Assembly (NCBI GenBank): GCA_973851085.1
Contig: OZ316775.1
Span: 2,604,001 to 2,668,000 of the forward strand
Origin: Ptychomitrium polyphyllum
Taxonomy: Eukaryota
Length of the DNA stretch: 64,000 bases
Direction of reading: 5' to 3'
This document shows, piece by piece, positions 11,003 to 25,700 of this stretch (position 1 is its first letter; each line of letters opens with the position of its first letter). The notes under the pieces were generated by a model that ran no database searches, was not told the DNA's origin, and saw only the letters and a program-made list of their open reading frames with translations. A program made the position numbers and the translations under genes.

Positions 11003-13123
11003 TAAACAGCTCCTCCAATCAAAAAACCCACCGTTGGCCAAAAACTCGTGATCCACTACATGCGCAATTTGCGCAACAAGAAACAAGGATTAAAAACGCA
11101 TGAACAGACTCACAGAACGCAGCAACCCACATGAACTTCATACAACCACCACTCCGCACGGAAGGAAGCACTGTTTCAGCTGAGAAGAAAGCCGAACCTG
11201 GCTCAAAACCGAAGCGGAGGGACTCAAACGATAGGGAAAGAGTAGAGAAAGACGAGAAATACCTGCTGGGTGATGCAGCGACGTTGCAGCAGAAGGGATA
11301 AAATCGACTGCGGTGCTGCAGCAAGGCAACAACGACGGTGAGTTTCGCAGGCGCGCGAACTGGCGGCTTTGCAGCCTCCCTATGGATGAACTCCGTCACT
11401 TCTCCTTGTAGTCAGATGATGGTTTTCATCTGGTTCGGGAGGCTCCCGAATTGCTTGATGCAAAGCTAGTGCCAGAAGAAGGATATGACTTACACGAAGT
11501 AGTAGTATGTATGCAGAGGACATGAATGATGAGCGAAATGAGCCAGCGATATACTTACTGAAGGCATCAGTGGTCATGGTGGAATTATTGTTCTATGTTG
11601 CAGAGTCTGCGTTTTTCTGGCTACCATTGGGCTCTACACTACCGAGACATGTTTCTGATCATTGTTTGCTACCAGACGACACAGGTATGTCCAGAGCACT
11701 GTACGAAAGTCACAATGATTTATGACCGTCTGCACGAACCGAGTCTTCGTGGAAGCTTGCTCTATAGTGACCCCATAATAAGAGAAAAACTCTGCGTCGT
11801 CGAGTGTGCTCTGAAGAACAAATTTCTGCAACCAACAAAGCAAAGGTTCTTGCTTTAACCAAGAATAAATCAAGGCCTGGAGCAGGAGTGCCAATGATGT
11901 GGAGCTTTTCAGTTCATCATGGTACCTTTAGTTACTCAACGCTCTAGGGTTCATGGATCTGATAGAGATTTCGGAGCCTCTGCGCCCTTTCATCAGGATT
12001 GCATATGTCTCATTAGACATGTCGCTCAATAAGGAGTCAATGCCAGATGCAAACGCGCACAAGTGCAAGACAGGCTATGAAAGAAGATCAATGGAAGGTG
12101 GAATGAGTGCAGAGCGGGTGGAACTGCAGCACAACGTGAAGCCTAAGGCAGACATTGCACAGCCAAGACACCGCACCGGTCAATAGGCCAAACTGCAAGA
12201 AACTTGTTCGAAATTTTTAAGGTTGAACAACATTTGTCTCGTAGTTAGGTCGTTCATTGTGCACAATCAACCTAAATTTTACCAATTTATTGCAGATGAT
12301 ATCTTTATGTTATCTACTTTCAAAGAAGAAATATGGTTACAAGTTCCGGTTCAGGATTCGGACAAATTTGTATAGTGGAAAGAAATTTGAGCTGACAGGA
12401 GAGATTTTTCACTATTATATTGTCATAACAACGTTGTACTAGTCTCATGCGGTTCTTACTAATATGAATGAATGAGTCATTACATCAAAGGGGTATCTAA
12501 ATTGAACCACTGCACAAGTTTTCATGATTCAAAGATGCCATTCCAGTACAACACTGGTTTATAACCAGACAGCAGCTTTTGCAGACGAGTGCAGGCCCTC
12601 ATTCGAGAAATAACTTGTTTCAACTTGAGTGTGCTATTCGCATTAAAGACTGCTATTTGCGTTCCAATAGAGTCGCAATGGCTTCTTGTGTAAGATGAAG
12701 GAATCTTTTAATTTTCAAATTCCTATGGTCATTCATATTAATATTCGGTGGACTCATAAGAATCAAGCTTATTCATCCGACCAGCTTAGATCTTCCTGAG
12801 ATTGACAGCTATGTACAGAGGATAAGATACGAATGCTTGCAAGGTGCAGGGTTGGTCAAAAGGCAATTTTGCTACACCAGATTATAGTACAAAGTTACAG
12901 ATGATTGTTGGATCACCAAATTACAAAAGAACTACAAACCAGATCAATGGCGTGAATCCTCGGATGCAGGAGCTAACTCACATGCATAATTTCAACAAAT
13001 TTAATCGAATCCACACGAAGGCATCTGTGGCACACATGTACAACGTACATATATATGATGGCGAGAAATCAAGCCATTGATTAGGTGGAGTTGATGGCTC
13101 TGTATATATACGAGTTCGTCGAT

Positions 13124-14788
13124 CTATGTTTGAAGCCACTCATTACCGTTGATGAAGCTCAAACTCGAGAATGCAGCTGCTTCAGCAGCCGTAAGCTCGT
13201 GAGACCATCCCACACGTCCACTCTCCTCTGCGCCAGGGCCAGCGCACATGTACTGTCCATAAAACACCGTCCTGAGAATAGAAAACAAACACGAATCCAT
13301 CAGAATCTATCTCCAAGGCTATTCTACATCACCAAGTGCTGCAATACACATTAGATGAATAGTTATAGACTGAACTAGGATTAATATTTTACTTTTCTCT
13401 GCTGCTGTCACCCCAGTTATACCACCCTGCTGGAACAATAAGACTTGCGAAGTTGCATTGAATGAAGACAACGCGAGAGCTCGGGCCCCAAGCCCGTCCT
13501 AGATAGATTGGACCTGTGCCCGTAATGGAGCACCCCACAAAAGAGAAGCCTGTGTTCTCATCCCCAGTCCTCTTCTGAGCAGTCAGTGATCCACTTCCTG
13601 GATTTGCAATAGAATTCAGTTGACAATCCTGCCAACCATAAAGGAAGACCAGAGAACTCATGAGCGTTGAGATTTTAAGGTCATGAGCTTGCAATTACAG
13701 AACATTAACGGAATTTTGTATAGATTTCGAGAAGAATCAGACCTGATAGAGAGATTGGCCATCGCCACAAATGAAGTCGATTGACCCCTCTATGTAGCAA
13801 TTTTTGAAGTAATGGCGGCCTTTTTGATCATACAGCGTATCTTGAGCTCCAAGGAATCTGCAGTTGTAGAAGGCGCCTTTATCTCCAGTAATTCGAAGAG
13901 CTACTGCTTGTCTTCCAACTGCACCACCTGGCGGGGCAGGGGCTGTGTTCTGAGCGATATTTGCAACCATTTCAAGCGTTAAGTAAATCACACCATCAAT
14001 GTCGCCAAAAAGGAGCTTCAGATAACATTCAGTGAACTCCAAATCCTCTGAAATGATTAAAATCGTCATGAAGTGGTCAGGCTTCTCTGTTATACCTGGA
14101 AAATGATTCCAATTGCAATAAAATCATCCGCTAAAATGGAGGTCGACGCACTGTCCCGAGTGCTTCCTGCTGAGTTAGAAGTATCACCATATACAAGCAC
14201 TGGGTTTCCGATCCCTTGGAATGTAAGAACCTTCCCCTTCGATACAACAATCTTTTCTCTACAGGTGCACAGAGTTTCACTAAATCAGATTTTTCTTAAA
14301 AAGTGTACAACCAACAACGCCCTTAAGAAGAAGCAGCGTTAGTCTTGCATTACAATTATTCACCTACTCAACAACAAACGTACACGCGAAGAATATCATT
14401 GATGAGGAATTGAACCCCATAAGGCTGATAGAAGCCCATACAGGTAGGTGCCAGTGTTGATTTGAATGACGGTTCGTGTTCCTTCAGGAGCAGCATTCAC
14501 AGCGTCTTGAACATTGCCATATCCCCCAACACCGACAACAATGGTGTTCCCAGCAGCTAGAATGTCATGCTCCTTGTACCCAAGAGCAGCCTCGCCAGCT
14601 TTGACGCTCTGTAGGTGGTCTTGCTTCACTCGCTCGACCCATGCCATGAAATCGTCCTCCACTGCCCGCCAGTTGACCGTCCTGGAAGGGTCTGTGACGA
14701 CGCTCCTCTGGGCTACAGCTGTCTGTGGCCATGCTAGGAGCATGAGTAAGCACGTTGCTCCAACAACAAAATTTGGACATCCTAGCAT
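13124..14788 (-). CDS. PME: Pectin methylesterase without PMEI pro-domain, about 366 aa, 5 exons
   Basis: Exons 14788-14442, 14258-14096, 13949-13743, 13628-13393, 13271-13124, all GT-AG and in frame. Signal-peptide-like start. Motifs [40 protein letters not shown]. Confidence 0.95.
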
Positions 14789-16477
14789 CTTCCTCAATGC
14801 TATAGGAAAGCAGACGCAAAGAGGTTGGGCTAGTACAAAGCTGATGTGTCCGAATGGGGCAGTGTTATATACTAGTGCAAATGATTGATAGTCAAGGTTA
14901 GGCTGTAGTCGACAATGATTGTGAGGCCTCTCAAACTTACCCATTTGAATCGCTTGAAAGTCAATCCTTCGGGACTGAATTATGTCACCTTGAGTCTTTC
15001 CTTGAGCAGTCAAAGTTAGATATGAGAAAACTGAAACTGTACAGAGTTTCAAGATCAAGAGGAAATGCAGCTTATACCAAGAACAATATACGAGATTCAA
15101 GAGTATGTATGATGAAGAGATTGTTAGTGATTAACACTCAACTATCATAATTTTGAGAGAAGCAGCTTAACTGCACATATATGTCTTCTTCCTCGTCCCC
15201 TGCTTGCACTTTGTGCTCACAAGGGAGTTTGGACGATGATGGTGCATAATCATAGTTCATCTGGTGGCCAAATGGCCAGGGAATGGACTGTTTAGAGCGC
15301 ACATTAGAACGCCTGGGCCTACACCAACAAGTACAGTTTTGAAGTACTCGACGTACATTCTGCTCAGATCATCTCCAGTATATTAAAGTGGCCCATCAGT
15401 TTACTTTGGCAAAATTCATGTTTCCTCCTTTTGTAAGGTTCTCATCTAAGGTATGTACTTGTCGTGAGAATTCATCTCACCAAGTACTCCTCAAGTACTA
15501 AAAGGATGCAGCTGGTCAATCTAGAATTTGCGAAAATCAACCCTTTTATAGACCAGCTACCTTGTCCTGTGGGTATAAAATATGCTGCTGCTCAACCATG
15601 GAATAAGGGAGAGTATGGCATGTACTCCTAGCCAGTGGTAGATACGAACCTCTTGTCGAGCATGTTTGTCAGGAGTGGCCATGGCAGGTCGTCGAGCATG
15701 CACTGAAACACGAAGTCTCATTCAAGGACAAAACTTAGCCAGCTACTTTACTTTGCGTCCTGGAGTCAATCAAACATCTCCCAGTAAAGAGAACTCTAAA
15801 CTTTGTTGCTCCTAAAGCTGAGCAGGTGGGAAGTGATGAATTAGCAATGGTTTTGATTGGTTTGCAAAATGTGCTCTCCTGATTTATCAATCACAGGAAG
15901 ATTATTTGGAAATGTGGCATAGAAAGAGCTGAATGAAGAGGCACTCTACCGGACAATATGTTGATGGGCAATCACTGAGCAATCACTGTTGTTGGGCTGG
16001 ACCCAATGCAAATCCGAGTCACAATAAGTGTGATGTATGAGTCAACTACGTGGGTAGAATATTGACCCATTGCCGTGGGTGTCGCCGTCCCACTGGCGCT
16101 TCAAACGTGCGGATCCATGTGCATGGACTGGTGAACAACACCTTCACATGGCAACGTCGCATCACTCTCTGGAAAACAACGGGGTGACGATTACACTACA
16201 TTGTGCTTGCCAGGCGCATCATTTTCCAAGCCATCTCCAGAGGATAATTCCTGTATTACGAGGTGGGGGTGCCACAGGATCTGGATGCTACCAATAACAA
16301 CATCACATGCAGGACAAGTTCGTTTCTTCCATGCCAGAAAAGATTTAGTTGCAGACTACTTCTCCATAGAATGATGTCATTGTGTCAAGATGTATCACTT
16401 ATATCAAACTTCAATATGGAAGGAGTTAAACTCCTGGGTAATTGCCATAGCTAATATCCAAAACTCCAGTCGCTTAG

Positions 16478-16549
16478 AGGAGGCAAGCGGGTTTGAACCA
16501 CTGACCTATCGGACTGCAGCCGATTGCTCTACCACTGAGCTATGCCTCC
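16478..16549 (-). tRNA. trnC-GCA: tRNA-Cys (GCA)
   Basis: GGAGGCA TA GCTC AGTGGTA GAGC A ATCGG CTGCAGT CCGAT AGGTC AGTGG TTCAAAC CCGCT TGCCTCC T. This is 72 nt with all stems paired, U73 discriminator, A and B boxes intact and TTTT shortly downstream. Confidence 0.96.
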
Positions 16550-19500
16550 CAGAGTAAAGATCCTATTTACTTGCCGGGATTTTATACATTCCGATTCAAC
16601 ACGTCAATGTTTATATAAGTTAGTGTTTTTGTTCTGTAGAAGTTGGTGTGTTAAAGCAGTAAAGTCTTTTTTTACACTAATCAACCGGATGTAATGGAAC
16701 ACTAACAATGAGAATAGAGTATGAGATCGTGGCTGAAGATCATGATGTTTGAACTTTGAAGGGTAGATCAGCCCGGTGTGTTTCGACAGCAATGCGTGGT
16801 AGTCCAACATGTCCATCAAAGCAGAATAGTCAAGGTTTTACCTTTTCATGCTGCAGTTGAGACTCATCATCAAAGTCACAATCAGATGAAAGGTCGTCCA
16901 TGATGCTCCTTTGGACCTCTAATATGGCTTTGCCTTAGTATTAAAGGTTAGGACTTTGAAAGTGTCACGGAGTTCACACTCTGGTCAATTTCCACCAACC
17001 TTGCATCTTCCTTCTATCCTTCTTAGCTTTCATGAACTCCATCTTCTTCACCGCCTGAAACATCCAAATCACCTGTCACGTTGTTCCCACTTTGCAACAC
17101 TAACATTCTCTATCTCCTAATTGCAGCTAAACACGAAGCTGCACACACAAATTCAATCGCAAATGGTAAAACCACTACTTTTCTCTCAACTCAACTTTCA
17201 GGTCATTCAGTCGTGAGTCCGACCCCACACTTGCCATTCTTACCTCGTCAAATGCAATCATATCTCATGATATGTCACCCCTCTCAATTTCACAGTGCAC
17301 CTCGTCCAACTAAGGTTACATACACCTCACACCTCACACCTCACATCTCACACTTCTCCAAGTGGTTATAGACTGATACTATGGTAAGTGGCTAATTGGA
17401 GACTTGAGCGAAAACAAGATTGTAATTAACGGTAGTGTTAGCGAAGATCTGGGTTTAAATTTTCAAAGGCTAAGCATCATGTTTCATCTTTAGGGTTCGA
17501 GTATCATGATTGTTGAGTTATGAAATGGTCTGGTAAATGAACCTTGTCTCCTTAAATTTTGTAATTTTGCAGAAATGGCACTCCGACAAACACAATGGTG
17601 CCAGTGCGGCTACTCTCAAGTCTCAAGATATTAATAAAGTAGATCAAGGTTTGCTTTTTCGAACTCTTGGAAGGGATTGGTTTGTTATGCTGTGTAGAAA
17701 ATTGGTGGCCAGTTTTGTTGGATGACTCGCAACAAATTACAAAAAGAGAACCGAATCCTTTTGCAATGTTCGGTCTTAGCAACTTCATGATTTCTAGTAT
17801 GTTTGGATATTAAGTGAAAGCACATAGGTCAGTTCAACAAGACCGAGAATGGGCCAGAGACCAGTGATAGAGAATATAAGATCGTGCCTGGTCAGAGGTT
17901 GAAATTGGATTTATTCCTTTACGTACGTAGGTGATTGGATCAGTAGAATATTTACCTGCAAGTTTTGAATGATTACAATTGTATGACATTTGTTTAAGGC
18001 GTCTTAGTGCTGGAATTTGATGGTTGACGCCAAGGCCTTTGACTTCACTTAGTTTTAGCATTTTTTAAATGGTAATTAGAATGGGATGGCTAAGCTGTCA
18101 TTTATAGCAGTTTGAATCTCCTTGATTTCACGAAACACTTAAGAATATCATAGTAGGTATCAGTCAGAGACATCAATATCAATGCGACAAGTCGAGACAC
18201 TTTGTGTCTACACTTCTGGAGCGTTTAGGTAGCACGGGTTATAGCTTAACAACGAGTTGCTAGCAATAACTTGAACTATCTACTCCCTCAGCTCAGTTTC
18301 CGTAGCTCTTTCCGCTCTTCCTGCGTGCTCATGATCAGGAAGCACGACATGAAAATCTTTCAGAAATGCAGGATTGACGAAGAGAAGCGGCCAAGGTGTA
18401 AGAATTGGTAACATTATGGTCATTCATTGACGAATATGTATGCAACAGCAGAACAGACCTAGATTCCTGTGCAGGTGAGATTCGAAATGCTGAGGACACT
18501 TTTCGATGGAAAAGATACTTGTTAGCTGGGGCCCTCGTTGACACTGCTCTTCACCTTCATCAGCATGCGAGGGTGAGATTCAGTATAAATTGAAGTACAA
18601 AAACAAAACTTTTCATCCCATAATCATCACGTACAGTCTACAGCTCTTCATCTTAGAGAAGATATATGTGGTCGATCCAGTAAGGAGCTCTTCTTAGCTT
18701 GAAAAATGTTCATGTTGCATAAGTCCTGAATTGACTTTAACCATTGTATTCAATAGCTGGGATGAAGGTCACTACTGGAATTTCTCTCGACGGAAGTTGA
18801 ATTATAAGAGCTTGGAAAGTCTTGAAATCACTTTTGCTCATTGTATGTCGTTGGTACATTCTACCGATTGTATCAACGGGCTCGATAACCAAGTGGGAGA
18901 AGGTGGAAATTGTATGCTACAGCTTTTCTTTTGATGAAGCTGGTAGCCTATAGATTGGAAGCAGATCAAACCGTCTTAAATAAAATGTGGCAGGCAGCTT
19001 ATAGATCAAAGTAGCCGCTCAGCTGACATGATATCCAGGCCTAGAAGTACGACAGTGAGTAGCCTTGTGATGATAAAAGTGCATGAATATCTGATTTTTA
19101 ACAACATGTGGCATCAACGCTGTAGCCAGCCAACCGCGTGCATTTTGAAAAAGCACAGATGGTAGGTACTAAATTACAGTAGTTTAGTCGACTTTCTTTT
19201 CGTTTCATGTTTGTAATTTAGAGGCTATCAGTTTCTGGCCGTGCGATCTTAGAAATCATTTTAGGAAATTTGAAGTAGATTTGAGGAGAACAGATGAAGT
19301 ACATGAGTCAGCTAGTTTTTCTATTGGTCTTTGTAAAAAGTTTCAGCTGTGCTTGAAGCTTTATAGCAAGGGTCTGTTTGGCTAGGCATGAAGGGCGTGT
19401 ACTATGAGGTTTGCCGATGATTCCAGATGTTCAGCCACGAACAGATTGAGGTGTTACTTTATCTCTTTACCTCCCAAGTATAATTCGTGGACAGGTCCTG

Positions 19501-20314
19501 ATCATTGGAATCACGGCGTATACAACATCGAACATCAATCTGAAAGTGAAGGTAGCTCAATGCCTTTTAGATACAAAGTTGCAAATCAAGCTTGAGACCC
19601 CACTACTTGCTTCTTTGAGTGTGCTCGGAAAACAATTCCAAATCTTTTCCAGATAGGATTGTCACCGTTTCTTTAGTAACTTGAATGCGTTTGATGCAGA
19701 GACAAATTCCAATTTACAATCAGAGAATTCTGGTAAGACTATCTGAGTTTGGTGTGCAAAGTTAGTCGCTAGATGAGTTGGTTTGCTCGCGAGATAGCAG
19801 GCTGTAGTTGTACTCTGCTTGTCTGTGGGGATGTGGGGAATGCAATTTGTTCAAAATGGAGTTTTCAACTTGTCTGCTGGACGTATTAGTTCTAGTAGCA
19901 GTTTAAATCTTGTGAGATACTAAAATATTAGTCATGGCGGTTGCAGCAACTATAGAGTGCTTTTCCATTTGTTCATTTCGATGAATGCACCGACCTCGAC
20001 GCTGAAGTCTCTGGGTACATAGCTGTTATGAAAGATGTATGCTGTCTTGGGAAAATGACCCTCGAAGTGCTCGCATGATATTTTTAGACCAGCTGAAACA
20101 CAGAATGGAAGAAAAATGAGCTTGGCACTCTAGATACACTGGTCTGCATCACAGTGCACCTGACAAGACTGACTGCGAAAGTGAGGGTTGTTTCAAATTT
20201 CAACAATCCAAAAAGCACATGCTTGTCCTCTCTTCTCTCTTAGAATTAAGAAACATATTTCTACATCCTTTGCAGACGGAGTTAGGACTATGTTGAAGTT
20301 AGGTCCAACCTGAG

Positions 20315-21206
20315 ATGGACATGTGTGGCGATGGAGAGGACCTCGACTACTGCCTTGATTTCTCGGATATTGTGGGTGATGAAGCAACTGAAGAGGGGGA
20401 TTCTGTTGGAGCAAGTGAAGCTGATGTCGAAGAAGAGCAGCATGATCCTGAGATTCTAAAGCTTGGATTATCCTACTTCAAGCCAGAAATTCCGGAGTTT
20501 TGTGTCATGGATGGCTTTAAATTATACAACGGCTGCAAAGAGGAGCTACCCCAGGAAGATTCAAAGCACGTGGCATCGCTGTTAAGGTTGAACTATGACG
20601 ATGTTCTATCCTCTTGGTGCGATGAGCGTAGCCTGTGGACAAACGGGAAGCGGCCTCAAACTGTGCCAGAGGACTTCTCCTTTGCAGATCCAAGTGTGGT
20701 ACGACGATTCTCGCCAGATGCTCGTCACTTCCAAAGTTTCAATGACTGTCAGGTGCTTGAATCGATTGTGATGTTAAAACGCATCATAGATACTTTGTTA
20801 GATGTTTATACTAAAGTTGATATTGATATTCTAGGTGCGTCAGAATGACTATGGGCTTGTTCCAGAACTGCGTACCTGCAGTCAAGCAATCAGCACACAT
20901 GGAGGTGAGGATGAAAGCAGGGGAGCTCGAGTGACGCGTTATAGAGAGAAGAAGCGCTCTCGTTTATTCTCTAAAAAGATTCGGTATGAAATTCGCAAGG
21001 TGAATGCTGAAAGCCGGCCTCGCAGGAAGGTTAGGCTGCTCTCAGAATGTCCGCTCTCAATCTCTGAATTCTTGTAGTTCGATTTTCTGACTTTGATGGA
21101 CTGTGTAATGTATCCACGTTATTCTAAGGCTTAAAAACTCGTGCTTTGCTAAGAACAGGGTCGGTTTGTAAAGCGGACATCAAAATCCATAGCACAGCAG
21201 ACATGA
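20315..21206 (+). CDS. CCT-domain protein (CIA2/COL16-like clade), no B-box seen
   Basis: Exons 20315-20698, 20835 (or 20844)-21029, 21159-21206. The [13 protein letters not shown] motif is present, and the [43 protein letters not shown] is split by the expected intron. Confidence 0.9.
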
Positions 21207-22730
21207 TGAGCGGAGGTGAAGCGCCAAAAACTTTTGTCAATTGTGAGCATAAGCTTCTAAATGCAACAGGAGTTATAAAGTTACTGTGAGCTGAAGTACA
21301 TAATAAATGGTTGATTGCTGAAACATTACCCTTCGTCAGGTACAGCTAAAATGATCAATTTGTGCGGATCTGCAAATGAAAAGGTACTAAAGTAGTTCCC
21401 CAGAAATTTGTACAGACTTATATGTAGGGTTGAGTGTGTTTTGAACATGTTACCAAAACGTCAGGATACATTATACGTTCTTAGATTTCTGATATCTAAA
21501 CAGGTAGTGGGAAACATTCCCAATGACAGTTTGAGAAATTGGAATATGCTTATCCTATGGGCTAACATTCTGTTCGATTTAGATTGCAACACGTAGGTCA
21601 CTGATTTCAGTGTGATTGTCAGAATTCATTGATAATTTTGTAAGTGAAGGTTTGCGTGTTGGTTTTGAATTCTACTCCCTTGGTTACAAAGTGCGTTGGA
21701 TCGCAAATACAATCCACGGCAAAGGTGATTGTCATGCAAATTTTTACAACAAATACTTTTGGAATCGGATCCTAGTTTGATTGAAGATCAGGAAAGTGCA
21801 TGATCAATCCGGGAGCATAGTAGTTTTTGAGCACGTTAAATATTCAGTGTAAACATAGTTAAGTTGATATTATTCTACAAGTGTGTAAGACATCACCAAA
21901 TTCAGCACCCAGCATTAATGTAGAGAGAGCATTTGCAATGCTATTGAGCGTACATCAATACGTTTCCTATGAGCCCCAATCTTCAACCCATAGCATACTT
22001 GTGAGTCCAGCCTCTAACACTATCCTTGTACTTTTGCCTGTCTGTCTTGTTCATGTAACCAGTTTCTGGAACAAGCGGATTATTGGGGATTTGGATCTGT
22101 TAACAGGGAACGTAAAGACAGCCTCAATTTAGTTATGTTCAGAGCCGAAGATCATCCTCCTCTAGAATGTCCAAACAGATACTACTATTGCGATTGATAT
22201 TGGCGTAGAAGACTTTAGCACAGAAAGCAAGACTATGACCCCATGGCCTCCGATAATTCTATATACATGCAAGGAACTTCTATTTTTATTCCTAAACAAG
22301 AATTTTCCTTTAACTGGAGTAAGACTTTTCCCAAAATATCTACACTCCGAGAATTTTCTTGTCCAAAAGAGTCGGACAGATTGATATTCAAACATGTTGT
22401 ACAGGGAGTATTCAATGTATCCTTCTAAGATGTTGAACATCATGCAGCGTTCTTAATTACTACCGCAATGATGAGAATTACTCCAATCAGCCATGGATAA
22501 CACACGATTCATAAAACTTAACAATGCCACCTTCGACGACAATGTAGCTAGAGTCCTGGCTCGGATGCTCACGCCGTCCTACGCTTAATAATCTCAAAAC
22601 ACAATCAAAGCCAAATCTGACGATTGAGACTCTAGAACCCAATTTGTGACGAGAAACAAAATCTTCATACAAAGGCTCGTCAAACCTGAACAGATAGAGC
22701 AGCCTGTGAACTCCTTTTACTTTTTGCTAA

Positions 22731-25700
22731 TCAGTGCAATGTCACTCCGCCATCGACGCCGCGTGCGACTTTGATGAAGACATCTTCCAGGGTAGTGTCG
22801 GAGAGCCCCCACGCTTTGATCTGCAGACGCTTCTTGGCATGCTCGATGGCAGTAAATACTGTCGTGACGCTGACTTCCGATTTCGGGAGCTCGAACTTTT
22901 GGGTCCCAGAGAGGCCATAGGTTTTTTTGGCGTTTCGCGTGAGAGACTTCGCTAGCTCCATCACGGCGGGCTCCTCGTCTAGCGGTGTTGTGATCGTGAG
23001 CACGTAGAGACCGCCATACCTGGCGGTCAGTTCCTTCGCGTTGCCGATGCATTGCAGCTCACCATTGACGAAGATTCCGAGACGATCGCACAAAGCTTCG
23101 GCCTCTTCCATCGAATGAGCTGCAATTATGTTGGGTAACTTGTTAATGCAAGATCAATGTCTATCTATCGCTCAAAAAAGAACTGATATCCTTGCATTAT
23201 AGCTGTTTCCAAAACCGAAGAAGATTCAAAAAGGAGTGAGCTGAGCGTACTTGTGAGGATGATGGCACGGTCTTGCTTGGACTGCTTCACCACGTTCCAG
23301 AGGTTGTAGCGGGAAGCGGGATCCAGCCCAGTGCTGGGCTCATCCATGTACACTACCTGCACATTCCACACATCGAATATATGAAGCTCACAAGCCGAAA
23401 CAGAGTGTTTCGGTGATTAAGTACTTTCTATACAAGCAATGCTCTCAAGTTCAACATATTTGAGAAAGTAAACAAGAGAAGATGATGCTTACAGTACCTG
23501 TGGATTTCCAATCAGAGAAATGGCAACGCTCAACCTTCGCTTCATACCACCCGAGTACTTGCGGCACTGCTTGTCAGCCACTCCATTGTCCCAAAGATTG
23601 ACATTTCTCAAGGAGCTTTCAACCGCCTGCCGCAAAGCAGCAAATTCACACAATTTTCACTGCGTGTAGTTGAAACAAATTTGACAAGGGAATACAAGCA
23701 CGAAAGAGTATAGCGCAAGCTTTTAAACAAGAGGTTGCTTGATTACATTGGTGAGCTTTGTTCCTTTCAAGTTCTTCAAGCGACCGTAGAACAGAAGGTG
23801 TTCTCGACCAGTCAGTTGTCCCCATAGCAAACTGCACAGCAACAGCAACATCAGAGACTAACTTTGACTGATATGATCTAGGATCAATCATGTAAACACT
23901 CGTACCGTGATGGGATTTAACCAAAAGTTACCGAAAAGGAAGCTTGAAAAGGAAGTAGACGTACTCATGCTGGGGGCAAACGCCCATACACGTGTAGATG
24001 CGCTCCATATCTGTGAGAATATTCATCCCTTGAATGTATGCAGTTCCAGATGTCGGCTTCAAAAACCCAATCATCTGCAAATGAAAATCATGCACACCAC
24101 ATTCAATTAACCCCCCTCATGTCGATTGAGCAGCGTTCATTGCATTTTTTTCCAAGTGCAAGGCGCTTGATTATAGCAACACAAACCTGCAGTATTATTG
24201 CCCTTCTGAAGATGACGTTTCAAGCAAGCCAAAAGCTGAAGGAAATTACCATGTTGATGGAGCTTGTTTTGCCAGCGCCGTTGGGTCCAAGAATGCCAAA
24301 GCACTCACCCTTGGGCACTGCCAAAGAGAATCCTTTCACGGCGTACTTGGGAGGATTGCCATCTCTGGCAGGGTACACCCTCTTCAGATTGTCACACACT
24401 ATTGGGTACTCCTGGCTGGGATTGGCAGCCAACTCCTCCACTTGTTCCCTCTGTCACATTTCCAAATAACGAAATGCAAGGTTCAATGAGCTTTTTCGCA
24501 AACAGAAAAACAAGGTTGAACTTTCAGTTGTCTACTCAAAAAGAATTATCCAACCTAGGAATTCGGGAAGATTTGAATGACCTCTCTTTCAACATCTGGT
24601 CGTTTCACGGTCAGTTTGTCTTCGGCAGCCATGCGAGACAAAGATTTTGAGCTTCCAGAGAGCTTGCGAGAGTTCAAGCGACCGGCAGCAAGAGCAGATC
24701 CTGAGCTCTTGTCTTTTCGTTTAAAATTCAAGAAAAAGAGAGGATGCTTACTAATACCACCTGCAGATGACACAACTTGATCCAAGTACAGGGTGAGCAG
24801 CATGAATACGATCGACTCAACAAACAAAATTGACATAACTGTCTTCATTCCGTTCTTCTCATCGTTGAGGTTGCTCCACTGCATTCCCCTAGTGCCCTGA
24901 AACCACCCAAGAACCAAATTACTCAAAGCAAATGATCTTTTCTAACAAGAGCAGTACATCAGCAAATTTTAAAACATGACTGTTTCTAAGCATTCTTAAT
25001 CGACAAAATTCGCTATCCAAGATTAGTTGAAGTGATCCTATAAATCAACTTAGCCAGTTGATCGTTGAGGTTGCTGGTTCAGGAGTTACCGTATAAACAC
25101 CCTTAAATGAATACTCTGCAAACTCCCAAAGACCACGATACGTCGCGAATGGTGGAATTATCTGCAACGCAGTGATAACCTTCCCTGCCAGAAGCAAAAT
25201 GCCGGATTCTCTGTCACCATATTCGTTTCAGCAATGACCATCTTTCTATGGTAACAATCAACAAGAATAACAATCTATTAATAGGAAGCATTCAGAGGTT
25301 TCACTTTTGGTTGCTTATTCAGCTCCTTCGTTGACCTGACCATCAACTAGATTAAACTCCTTAAAATGCAACAATTCTCAACTCCTAATAGAAGAAATTG
25401 AAGAGGAACTCTCATCAAGTATGAGTAAAACAGTTCTTGACTTCAAGCATGGAAGTACAGCTCAAGAAGTAGAAACTTACTGCTCGTGTTCAAGTCCGCA
25501 AGAAAATTCTGGAAGAAGAAGCTACTGAGAAGTCCAGTTCCAAACACGTACAGATAGCCAACCACTGCCATCAGAGTGCAAAGAAGAACTACAGAATAAG
25601 AGTCAGGAAGCTGTAAACAACAAATAAAAATGAGCTAGGATCTGTTCCCGCAATCACATAGAACGCGTGGAATAAGAACAAAGGCGTCGAAACAATTATC

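Noticed and set aside
10877..11086. 69-aa N-terminal extension of SmB in the ORF track
   Set aside because: It starts at a non-ATG codon and lies mostly inside the predicted leader intron. The conserved start is MAMSK.
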